Below, piece after piece: positions 31,189-38,843 of a DNA stretch of 42,046 nucleotides. Under the pieces are notes generated by a model that was given only the letters and a program-made list of their open reading frames with translations, was not told where the DNA came from and ran no database searches. How positions within the stretch are numbered: the stretch's first letter is position 1; every line of letters begins with the position of its first letter. Origin of the DNA: a virus; IMG/VR virus record IMGVR_UViG_3300045988_040454, positions 1-42,046 of that record; one strand, 5' to 3'. A program made the translations under genes and the position numbers.

Positions 31189-31449
31189 ATGAAGTACACT
31201 TACCGCATGTTTGAGGACAACGCAGGTTTCCTGCACCTCGCCGTCCTGGACGAGGACGATGCTTGCATCTACTACCTCTCCGACGCCGACCGCGAGCTGG
31301 TCCTGGGCACCCTGGCCGACCTGAAGGCCGGCGGCGATCCCATCGCCGACAGCTGGGAGGGCGGCGAGGAAGACCCCGAAGCCTGCCTTGCTGGGATCCT
31401 TGCCTGGGTAGATGCCCGCAACGGCAGCGCCTGCGAGATCGACGGCTGA
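31189..31449 (+). CDS. Small strongly acidic protein (86 aa)
   Basis: AAGGAGG, 8-nt spacer. My count is 20 Asp/Glu against 5 Lys/Arg. Confidence 0.6.
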   Translation: MKYTYRMFEDNAGFLHLAVLDEDDACIYYLSDADRELVLGTLADLKAGGDPIADSWEGGEEDPEACLAGILAWVDARNGSACEIDG

Positions 31450-31463
31450 GGGGAGGGTGCACG

Positions 31464-31745
31464 ATGCGACGCAAGTACAGCGACTGCCAGCGGGCGGACG
31501 GTGACTGCACCGTCTGCTCCCTGGTCAGCTACGGGCGGGACTGCCGCAACCGCCCGATCACAAAACTGGAGTGGGCCCGCCGCATGGCCGGCATGACGCA
31601 GGCGGAGCTTGCCGCGAAGTCCGGTGTTAACATCCGCCAGATCCAGCGCGTGGAGATCGGTGAGGCCGAGACGGGAAACATGACCGCGCAGAATCTGCTT
31701 GCCATCGCTGACGCGCTGGGCGTAGATATCAGAGAGCTGCTATGA
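31464..31745 (+). CDS. XRE-family HTH regulator with a Cys-rich N-terminus (93 aa); Aca-like candidate
   Basis: GGGAGGG RBS. CQRADGDCTVCSLVSYGRDC, then MTQAELAAKSGVNIRQIQRVEIGE. Confidence 0.65.
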   Translation: MRRKYSDCQRADGDCTVCSLVSYGRDCRNRPITKLEWARRMAGMTQAELAAKSGVNIRQIQRVEIGEAETGNMTAQNLLAIADALGVDIRELL

Positions 31746-32539
31746 GACGCCGCTGTGTGATCTGCGGGGCAGAGTTTGATACGCCCCCCTCCAACAACAA
31801 GATCACCTGCTCCCCCGCCTGCTCCCGCCTCCGGAAATCGCAGTCCCACCAGGAGAAGCGGAACAGCTGGAGCGAGGAGGCCAAGGCATCCGCCCGCGCC
31901 GCGGCGGAGAAGACCGGGAACCTGCAGTACGGGGCCGCCGCTGCGCTCAAACTGCCGGAAGGGCAGCGGGGCCCACAAAACCGGAACGCGCTGATCTGGC
32001 ATCTGATCGACCCGGAGGGGAATCCCGTCACCGTGGTAAATCTCCAGGACTGGGCAAGGCAGCACGCCAAGGACTACTTTGGCATGGAGCCCACGGACCG
32101 GAACGCCTCCTCCATCGCCTCCGGCTTCTACCAGATCAAGCGGTCCATGGAGGGGAAGCTCCGCCGGAAGAGCGGAGCCCCCGTCTCTCTTTCCACCTAC
32201 AAGGGCTGGGGCCTCCGCGCCTGGGAGGAAAAGCAGTCTCCGCAGACGCAGGTAAGAGGCCTGATGCCCAAGGTGTGCTGCCTCTGCGGCGCCGAGTTTC
32301 TCCCGAATCGGGGGAAGCAGAAATACTGCAAAGCCTGCGCCATTAAGCAGGGGAATGAAAGCCGGAAACGGTACTACGAGCAAAACCGCGAAAAGATCCT
32401 TGCCGCGCGAGCGAAGAATCCCAACCAGAGTCCCGAGGCACGAAAAGCGTACCAGGCGGAATACTACGCCAAAAACAAAGAGCGCATTAAGGCCCAGCGC
32501 AAGGCCAAAAAAGAAAGCGATCATGGAGGTATAACATGA
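31742..32539 (+). CDS. Double Zn-ribbon protein with a central homing-endonuclease-associated-like DNA-binding segment and an RKRYY-type tail
   Basis: 265 aa, with an ATGA overlap with the HTH gene. CVICG...CSPAC and CCLCG...CKAC. WHLIDPEGNPVTVVNLQDWARQH. Tail RKRYYEQNREKILAARAKNP...AEYYAKNKERIKAQRKA. Confidence 0.55.
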   Translation: MRRRCVICGAEFDTPPSNNKITCSPACSRLRKSQSHQEKRNSWSEEAKASARAAAEKTGNLQYGAAAALKLPEGQRGPQNRNALIWHLIDPEGNPVTVVNLQDWARQHAKDYFGMEPTDRNASSIASGFYQIKRSMEGKLRRKSGAPVSLSTYKGWGLRAWEEKQSPQTQVRGLMPKVCCLCGAEFLPNRGKQKYCKACAIKQGNESRKRYYEQNREKILAARAKNPNQSPEARKAYQAEYYAKNKERIKAQRKAKKESDHGGIT

Positions 32540-32581
32540 CGTACTTTTGGATAACTAACATCAACGGTGAGTTTGGGTTCG

Positions 32582-32645
32582 GCGGCCCTCCTACGGGGCT
32601 CTGAGGGCCCACAGAGGGGTATCCGCCGTAAGGGCTGCCGTACGG
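32582..32645 (-). pseudogene. Decapitated relic of the N-terminal coding region of the 129-aa gene
   Basis: The minus strand reads PYGSPYGGYPSVGPQSPVGGP, against PYGNPYGGCPSVGPQSPVGGP at 30476-30539. The start codon, RBS and leader are deleted. Confidence 0.6.
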
Positions 32646-32706
32646 GGATGGCAGGATGCACAAAAACCGCCCGCTCTTCTGTGCATCCTGACAAACTTTA
32701 ATTTTG

Positions 32707-32758
32707 CGCCAATATTAGCGGTTTTCCTCTTGACTTTACGCTAATATTAGCGTACAAT
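32707..32758 (+). promoter_or_regulatory. Promoter P2 (duplicate of P1) with two operators
   Basis: CGCCAATATTAGCG (32707-32720). TTGACT (32730-32735). CGCTAATATTAGCG (32739-32752) lies in the 17-nt spacer. -10 TACAAT (32753-32758). Confidence 0.7.
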
Positions 32759-32803
32759 AAGCGTGTAATCAAGAGAGGGGAACACCCCAGGAGGAAATGA
32801 AAA

Positions 32804-33109
32804 ATGAGAAAGACTTATGTGCAGTTTATCAACGCGGCCAACGGAGAGGTCGAAAGTTATCGCTACGGCAGCGGCGAAGAGCGGTTTACCCTCTACAGCG
32901 GCATCAGCCAGCTCCACGGCGGCTGGCTGATGGAGACCAGCGGCGACCCGATCACCCTTACCACTTTAGAGGAGGCTGACAACTCCGAAAAGATCATCGC
33001 CTCTATTGATCGCGTTTTGAGCAGCATCGGCACAGACTGGAAAGCTCTTACAGAAGAGGACGAGGAGTACATCGCCGATTTCCTGGCGGAGTGCGGTATC
33101 GAGGAATAA
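32804..33109 (+). CDS. Small strongly acidic protein (101 aa)
   Basis: AGGAGG, 9-nt spacer. My count is 21 Asp/Glu against 7 Lys/Arg. It ends in ...TEEDEEYIADFLAECGIEE. Confidence 0.6.
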   Translation: MRKTYVQFINAANGEVESYRYGSGEERFTLYSGISQLHGGWLMETSGDPITLTTLEEADNSEKIIASIDRVLSSIGTDWKALTEEDEEYIADFLAECGIEE

Positions 33110-33116
33110 GAAAAAA

Positions 33117-33141
33117 GGCCGTGCCCAAATTGGGCACGGCC
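33117..33141. terminator. Bidirectional hairpin terminator between convergent genes
   Basis: GGCCGTGCCCAA-A-TTGGGCACGGCC, flanked by an A6 run on the left (giving T6 on the minus strand) and TCCTCTT on the right. Confidence 0.7.
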
Positions 33142-33146
33142 TCCTC

Positions 33147-33407
33147 TTATCCCCTGATGTCATCCGCCAGGTGGGCATAGGCCCTCCGGCGGAGCTTGTA
33201 GAGCCCGTCAATGCTGAGGCTGAGCCGGGCGGCAGTCTGCAGGCAGCTGCGGCCCAGGACGTCCACCTCAACGATGCAGGTCTCCTCGTCCGGCGGCAAG
33301 CCCGCCGCACGGACCGCCTCCGTGGCCCGGCGTGGGGCCATGCCGGAGAGCAGCGCTCTGATCTCCCGGTGCTGTGCGTCCATGTGATCGCCGGACTTGC
33401 AGGACAC
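33147..33407 (-). CDS. Small sigma-70 region-4-like HTH protein
   Basis: VDVLGRSCLQTAARLSLSIDGLYKLRRRAYAHLAD. There is no RBS at the in-frame starts (see the finding on the frame discrepancy). Confidence 0.45.
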   Translation of the reverse strand: MSCKSGDHMDAQHREIRALLSGMAPRRATEAVRAAGLPPDEETCIVEVDVLGRSCLQTAARLSLSIDGLYKLRRRAYAHLADDIRG

Positions 33408-33458
33408 GGCGGGGCCGTGCGGATGTCGCCATCATCTGGCTTGCCTCCTCTCAGATTG

Positions 33459-34493
33459 TTAGCCCGTCCAGTCGGCCCGATCCTCCCGGACGTCGATGTG
33501 GGTAAAGCCCTGCTTGGCGTAGATGCCCACGCCGCCCCAGTCGGGCATGATCTCCCGGGCGTAGGCGGCCACCTGGGCCGGGGTCCTGCCGCGGACCACG
33601 ATGTCCGCCGCCGTGCCGTAGCAGTGCTGGGAATGGGCTACGCCGCCGACCTTGGTGTTGTACTGCGGCGTCCGGTAGGCGCTGGAGATGGTCACCGGCG
33701 CCCCGAAGTGGCTCCGGATGCTCTGCAGCACCATCACCAGCCGAGGCGCCACCAGGACGGCGTCGCTGCCATCCTTGCAGGCGAACTCGCGCACCTTGAA
33801 ATTGCTGGACAGCCTCTTGCCGCCGTCCTTGGCCTTGCTGTAGGCGTTGATCTCTACCATAGGCTTGCCTCCTTTCGGCTCCGGGTCTGCCCGCCAGAAG
33901 CAGAGGTAGTTATGCACCCGGCGGGTGGAGTAGATGTACTCGCTGCCCTCCTGCGAGAGCTGCACGCTGCCGCCGCCGTCCAGCATCAGGGCCCAGCTCA
34001 CCGCCGGGAACTCCCGCAGGATGGCCGCCTGCAGCTGCGCCGGGGTCTTGCCGAGCTTGCCGTCCGGGAAGCAGCGAAGGACCGTGGTGCCGTCCTCGAG
34101 GCCGATGATCACGGTCCGGCCGCTCCGCCGGGAGACGGCGGCGTCGGCGTGGTACGGGTAGGCTACGCCCTGCCAGAGGAGCAAGACACAGGAAAGAAAG
34201 TTATCGTAGCTCCGCATGTCCGCCGAAGTTACGACGTGGAAAACGCCCTCCCCGCTGCTCCAGCCCAGCCCCCGGTAGCTGTACTTGTCGTCGCTCAGCA
34301 CCTTGCCGTCCGCCTTGACGTCGCAGTTGGGCACCCACTTGCCGGAGTCATAGAGGCTGCCGTTGATGACGACATCCGCCCCCGTGAGCTTGCGGACTTG
34401 GCTCGCCGTCTTCTTGGCGGCCTTCCTCGTGGCGTAGAGCTGGATGCGCCCGATCTCCCCAGGGGCGAAGGTGACGGTGACAGCCTTACTCAT
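33459..34493 (-). CDS. Endolysin: N-terminal phosphodiester-glycosidase-like (DUF2233) domain plus a C-terminal peptidase M15 (YcbK-like) domain
   Basis: 344 aa. VVINGSLYD and LMLDGGGSVQL in the N-part. SAYRTPQYNTKVGGVAHSQHCYGTAADI...FTHIDV in the C-part. It follows the holin gene. Confidence 0.75.
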   Translation of the reverse strand: MSKAVTVTFAPGEIGRIQLYATRKAAKKTASQVRKLTGADVVINGSLYDSGKWVPNCDVKADGKVLSDDKYSYRGLGWSSGEGVFHVVTSADMRSYDNFLSCVLLLWQGVAYPYHADAAVSRRSGRTVIIGLEDGTTVLRCFPDGKLGKTPAQLQAAILREFPAVSWALMLDGGGSVQLSQEGSEYIYSTRRVHNYLCFWRADPEPKGGKPMVEINAYSKAKDGGKRLSSNFKVREFACKDGSDAVLVAPRLVMVLQSIRSHFGAPVTISSAYRTPQYNTKVGGVAHSQHCYGTAADIVVRGRTPAQVAAYAREIMPDWGGVGIYAKQGFTHIDVREDRADWTG

Positions 34494-34752
34494 TGAGCTG
34501 CCTCATGGCCTGGTTGGCGCCGGTGGCGGCGAGGCCGGAGACGATGCCGATGGCCGCCGCCGTGATGTAGTCGGTGGCCGGGAAGTCCGGCATGATGTAC
34601 ATGGCGGCGATGCCGAGGATCAGGCCGCAGACGCCGCAGATGATGGGGATCCACTTGCTGTCCACGGCGCTGGCCTTGACGGCCTGCCCGATCAGCAGAC
34701 AGATGACGGTGATGGCCGCCACGCCGGTAATGCCCATAGCGTTGATATCCAT
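34486..34752 (-). CDS. Holin
   Basis: 88 aa from MDINAMG (AGGAG RBS). Three hydrophobic segments. It overlaps the endolysin start. Confidence 0.7.
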   Translation of the reverse strand: MDINAMGITGVAAITVICLLIGQAVKASAVDSKWIPIICGVCGLILGIAAMYIMPDFPATDYITAAAIGIVSGLAATGANQAMRQLNE

Positions 34753-34772
34753 AGTGCGCTCCTTCCTCCGGG

Positions 34773-35078
34773 TCAGTCCCGGATGACCTTGCGGCCCTTG
34801 ACCTCGTACCAGCTGCCACGGAGGCAGACAAAGGCGGGCATCTCGCCGCAGTCGCAGTCCACCAGCTCGTCGCCCTTGACCTGCACGGGGTCCAGGGTGC
34901 CGGTGCCGGTATCCAGCAGGCCCCAGCCCGCCTCGATCATCTCGGGCGTCAGCTTGGGGCGGTCCGGGTCCAGCATCACGGGGTGGCCCAGCTCCCGCAG
35001 CTTGGCGTTGCACTCCTCCAGGGTCAGCTCCCCCTGGGCGTAGGCGTTGATGGTGTCGGTTACCTTACTCATAGTCAT
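34773..35078 (-). CDS. Hypothetical protein (101 aa)
   Basis: Clean ORF between the XhlA-like and holin genes. Confidence 0.5.
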   Translation of the reverse strand: MTMSKVTDTINAYAQGELTLEECNAKLRELGHPVMLDPDRPKLTPEMIEAGWGLLDTGTGTLDPVQVKGDELVDCDCGEMPAFVCLRGSWYEVKGRKVIRD

Positions 35079-35087
35079 ACTCCTCTC

Positions 35088-35384
35088 TTAAATCCCGCCG
35101 CTGATGAGCCAGGCGGCGAAGGCCCCCACCAGAGCCGCCAGCAGCGTACTCACGATACTGTCCCAGCGCTTGCCGGGCCGGGCCGCAAGGCCCTTGACAT
35201 CCTCCTTGATCTCCGCCAGGTCCTGCTTGACATGCCCCTGCTCGTTGGCCAGCTCCCGCACGGAGGAGGTCAGCTCCAGCAGGGCCTTCTGGTCCGCCTC
35301 CAGCTTCTTGATCCGCCCCTCGTTGCGCTGGGACCGGTCGTCCACCTTCTGCAGCTGGATCGCCAGGTTGGTGTTGTCGTCCAT
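35088..35384 (-). CDS. xhlA: XhlA-like membrane protein (lysis-associated)
   Basis: 98 aa. N-terminal coiled coil and a single C-terminal TM segment (IVSTLLAALVGAFAAWLISGG), the XhlA architecture. Confidence 0.6.
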   Translation of the reverse strand: MDDNTNLAIQLQKVDDRSQRNEGRIKKLEADQKALLELTSSVRELANEQGHVKQDLAEIKEDVKGLAARPGKRWDSIVSTLLAALVGAFAAWLISGGI

Positions 35385-35395
35385 GGGTCACCTCC

Positions 35396-35545
35396 TCAGG
35401 CGATGCCGCCGTACTCGGCGGGGACCAGGCCCAGGAGGCCCAGCTCGCCCACCAGGATGTCCGCCACGGCCTGGCGGAGCTTGGGGGGCACCTGGGCCCA
35501 CTGCGTGCGGCCCTCGGCCACCCTTACCGCGAAAAGTCTTGCCAT
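35396..35545 (-). CDS. Small ORF (49 aa), XkdX-position protein
   Basis: Not in the ORF track. GAGGAG RBS. MARLFAVRVAEGRTQWAQVPPKLRQAVADILVGELG... It occupies the typical slot between the fibre and lysis genes. Confidence 0.5.
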   Translation of the reverse strand: MARLFAVRVAEGRTQWAQVPPKLRQAVADILVGELGLLGLVPAEYGGIA

Positions 35546-35562
35546 GCTCTCACTCCTCTCTC

Positions 35563-35958
35563 TCAGGCGTAGACCACGCCTGCCATCTCAACGATGCAGT
35601 CCTCCAGCATGGCCCCGCTCTCCACAGCGGCGGCCAGCTTGGCTCTGAGCTCCTTATTCTCCGCCTCCAGCGCCGCCAGGCGCTGGGCGTCCGTGGGCTG
35701 CTGGCTGGGGGCGATGTCCCCCTCCGGGTAAAAGGTCCCGGTGCCTGCGTCATAGAGCCAGCCCTCCGGGGGCTCGGGCTGCAGGAAGCGGGCGTCGCCC
35801 TCCTGCTCCGGGTCGTACCCCCAGCCCTCGAAGACGTTGTCCGGGGCCTCCACGAAGAGGTCCGAGGGCGGGAAGCGCCCCACGGTGGAGGCCACGCTGG
35901 AGAACTGGGCCGTGGCGTCCCAGTGGCACCAGCCGCCGATGATCTGAAATACCTTCAT
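35563..35958 (-). CDS. Conserved phage protein downstream of the fibre gene (131 aa)
   Basis: From MKVFQIIGGWCHWDAT... then FVEAPDNVFEGWGYDP...PEGWLYDAGTGTFYPEG. ATGA overlap with the fibre gene. Confidence 0.55.
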   Translation of the reverse strand: MKVFQIIGGWCHWDATAQFSSVASTVGRFPPSDLFVEAPDNVFEGWGYDPEQEGDARFLQPEPPEGWLYDAGTGTFYPEGDIAPSQQPTDAQRLAALEAENKELRAKLAAAVESGAMLEDCIVEMAGVVYA

Positions 35959-37247
35959 GCTCCCACCTCGTATACGTAGTACTTGATAACGCAAACGCCA
36001 GGCCCACCAGCCGCCGGGCTATTTCCGGTAGAATTTCCAGAAAAAGAGGCACCACCACCGCCACCAGCGGCAAGTCCTCCAGCGGTAGCCGATGCCCCAC
36101 TTTTGGCGCCGTTACCTCCATTACCTCCAGCGCCATAGCCGCCGCCACCGCCGCCTCCGCCGTTCTTGCCTGAACCGCCGTTGCCGCCGTAGCCGCCGCC
36201 ACCGCCGCTGTCGTTGCCGCCGTTGCCGCCGTAGCCGCCTCCGCCGCCGCCTCCGCCGCCGCCAGCATTGCCGCCGTTGCCGCCGTAGCCGCCGCCACCG
36301 CCGCCGTTATTGCCTGAACCGCTACTGCCCGACGTCTCCGCAGCGCCTCCGGCGCCGCCGAGGCCTTCGCCGGTAAAATCAAGAGTCATTGCAGACGTGT
36401 TGGTACCTGCGGTACCGGGACTACCAGCGACAGAATAGCTCGAAGAGGCATTACCCCCATTGCCACCATAAGTTCCTCCGGTACCTCCGGTTCCAGGAGT
36501 TGCATTAGTGCCGTAAGCTCCGCCGCCTCCGCCGCCGTAGCTGCCGCCATTACCGCCATTACCACCATCGCCGCTATTGCCGCTAGCGCATCCGCCTCCA
36601 CCGCCGCCGTAGCTGCCATCTCCACCTTTCCCGCCATACCGGTAAGAGCCGCCTCCGCCGCCACCGGAGCCCCCATCGCCTCCGGCTGCATGGCCGTGCC
36701 CGCCGGAGCCGCCAGCCGCCGATAGGTATGCTCCGAAAGATGTCGTGCCGCCAGTTTTTCCCGTTTGGTCGGAATCAGAAGTGCCTCCAGCACCTCCCGC
36801 TCCGATTGTGATCGCTATTTTGGTGCCCTCCGAAATATCAAAAGTGTCGTGGGCCATGTGCCCGCCGCCGCCTCCAGCTCCATTGGCATATCCACTATAT
36901 TCGTAGGCAACTCCGCCACCGCCTCCACCGCCAAAGACCATGACGTCCAGCTCTCCCGCATGTGCCGGGACCGTCCAGTCCTGGGTCTCCGTGATGATAA
37001 CGGTCTTGGCCACCTTGCGCTTGTGGGGCAGGGCCGCCAGGGCGTCGTCCACGGTGGGGTCTGCGGGCCGGGTGCTTGCGTCCGGCCAGATAAGGGCCGC
37101 CGTCTCGTCGCTGAGGAGGGTGGCCTTGTTGAGGGGCGTGCCCTCCTGCTGGGGGCTGTCCGCCCGGCTCATGTCATAGGTGTTGGCCTGCCCGGCCACG
37201 GGCGTGAGCTTCACCCGCCCCGGGTACAGGGGTACTCTATCCTTCAT
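35955..37247 (-). CDS. Tail fibre-like protein with a very long glycine-rich domain
   Basis: 430 aa. N-terminus MKDRVPLYPGRVKLTPV (a common fibre N-terminus in Clostridia prophages, as I recall). More than 250 aa are GG(Y/N/S)GG-type repeats. Confidence 0.7.
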   Translation of the reverse strand: MKDRVPLYPGRVKLTPVAGQANTYDMSRADSPQQEGTPLNKATLLSDETAALIWPDASTRPADPTVDDALAALPHKRKVAKTVIITETQDWTVPAHAGELDVMVFGGGGGGGVAYEYSGYANGAGGGGGHMAHDTFDISEGTKIAITIGAGGAGGTSDSDQTGKTGGTTSFGAYLSAAGGSGGHGHAAGGDGGSGGGGGGSYRYGGKGGDGSYGGGGGGCASGNSGDGGNGGNGGSYGGGGGGAYGTNATPGTGGTGGTYGGNGGNASSSYSVAGSPGTAGTNTSAMTLDFTGEGLGGAGGAAETSGSSGSGNNGGGGGGYGGNGGNAGGGGGGGGGGYGGNGGNDSGGGGGYGGNGGSGKNGGGGGGGGYGAGGNGGNGAKSGASATAGGLAAGGGGGASFSGNSTGNSPAAGGPGVCVIKYYVYEVGA

Positions 37248-37263
37248 CTGCTCGCTCCTTTCA

Positions 37264-37941
37264 TCATACCTCTCCGGCGTACAGGTCGCCGGAGTAATAC
37301 CACGCCTGGCTCATCCGGGTGACTGACTCATCCACCGCCAGGAGGATGCTCTCGATGGCGTTGGCCTCCTCCCAGCTGAGGCTCAGCATGTCTCCGGGGG
37401 CCGGGGGCGTGCCGTCCCGCAGCGGCAGGGCCGCCCGCAGGGCGGCGATATCCGCCAGGTAAGACGCCATCTCGGCCCGGTTGGGCTTGTCCCCGTTGGC
37501 CCAGTCCATCCGGGGGGCCACGGAGACGAAGATGCCGCAGCTCCGGAGCCGCTTTGCCACGTAATCCACGGCGCTCCCCACCCGGTTGAGATCGCTGGCG
37601 TTGTAGCCCCCCTTGGGGTCGCTCCGCCACCACGCCAGCTCCGCCGCCGTCCAGGCGTCATAGCCCTTGTCCGCCAGGGCCAGGACCCGGGCGGCGTCCG
37701 CCGCCGTCCGGTCCGTGATGAGGCCATGGAGGCCGTAGTAGAGGGTGAGATCGTAGCTGGCGGAGGTCCCCAGCGAGTTGACCGCCGTCAGGGAGACCCG
37801 GTATCGCTCGTCCGCCGCCCGCTCCACCGTGGCCTGCCAGGCGTCGTCCATCCGGGTCCAGGTGTAGGCGACGTCATTGACGGTGCCGGAGACGTAGATC
37901 ACCTCGCTGGGGAGGGCGACGCTCAGCGCGCGGGTGCTCAT
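37264..37941 (-). CDS. Tail/baseplate-associated protein (225 aa)
   Basis: Clean ORF in the fibre cluster. It ends in WYYSGDLYAGEV, the same tail motif as the 400-aa protein. Confidence 0.55.
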   Translation of the reverse strand: MSTRALSVALPSEVIYVSGTVNDVAYTWTRMDDAWQATVERAADERYRVSLTAVNSLGTSASYDLTLYYGLHGLITDRTAADAARVLALADKGYDAWTAAELAWWRSDPKGGYNASDLNRVGSAVDYVAKRLRSCGIFVSVAPRMDWANGDKPNRAEMASYLADIAALRAALPLRDGTPPAPGDMLSLSWEEANAIESILLAVDESVTRMSQAWYYSGDLYAGEV

Positions 37942-38840
37942 GTGATGGTGACGGAGATCACCATCGTCGCCCCGGCGTCAACGGGGTTGGGAGTGATGGT
38001 GGCCGCCGTGATCTGGGGCACGGAAGTGTCCAGTGTCACCGTCCGGGTGACGGAGGAGGTCTTGCCGGCGGCGTCCGTGGCCGTCACCTTGATGGTGTTG
38101 GCCCCGCTGGCGAGGGTGATGGACTTGGACCACGCCCCGCCGGTGCCCACCGTGACAGCGCCCTGGTCCACGCCGTTGAGCTCGATCTTGATGGTGACGG
38201 GGCTACTGGTTGCGTCGTTGGTGGTGCCCGCCACGGTGAGGGCCTGCGAGTTGGTGATGAGGCCGTCCGTGGGGGACGTCACGTTGAGGGTGGGCGGCAC
38301 GGTATCCACCGTGTAGGTGGTGGACCTCTGCGCCGCAAAGTTGCCGTCGTGGTCCTTGCAGTCGATGGTGACGGTGTGGCTGCCGTCCGTCAGGGCGGCG
38401 GCCGGGGTGTACGTCACCTGGTAGCCATTGGTGATGGCCGTGGAGCGGATGGCGGAGGCCGCCGCCGGCGTGCCGTCCTGCTTGACGACGAGGCTCGTGA
38501 GGTCCACGCCGGAGCCGCCGTCCTCGTCCACCACGGTGAAAACAACCGGCTGCTTGTTGTTGGAGACGTAGGCCCCGTTGGAGGGGCTGAGGATGCGGAT
38601 GACGGGCGCCACCCGCTCCCGGACCACAAGGCGCAGCCCCGTGAGGGTGGAGCCGTCCGCCTGGCCGGTGGTCCCGGCGTCGTTGGTGGCCTTGACGGTG
38701 ACGTTGTAGTAGCCGCCGCTCTGGCCGTAGCTGGTCTTGCCGGGTGCCGTGATGGTGGCCTCCCACTTGCCTGTGCTGCTGTTGAGCGCCAGGGTGTACG
38801 TCTGGCCGTTGATAACGGCCTGGACTGTCTTGATGGCCAT
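37938..38840 (-). CDS. Ig-like-repeat tail protein
   Basis: 300 aa of Thr/Val/Gly-rich beta-type repeats (TVTIDCKDHDGN, TIKVTATDAAGKTSSVTRTVTLD). Confidence 0.65.
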   Translation of the reverse strand: MAIKTVQAVINGQTYTLALNSSTGKWEATITAPGKTSYGQSGGYYNVTVKATNDAGTTGQADGSTLTGLRLVVRERVAPVIRILSPSNGAYVSNNKQPVVFTVVDEDGGSGVDLTSLVVKQDGTPAAASAIRSTAITNGYQVTYTPAAALTDGSHTVTIDCKDHDGNFAAQRSTTYTVDTVPPTLNVTSPTDGLITNSQALTVAGTTNDATSSPVTIKIELNGVDQGAVTVGTGGAWSKSITLASGANTIKVTATDAAGKTSSVTRTVTLDTSVPQITAATITPNPVDAGATMVISVTIT

Positions 38841-38843
38841 GGA

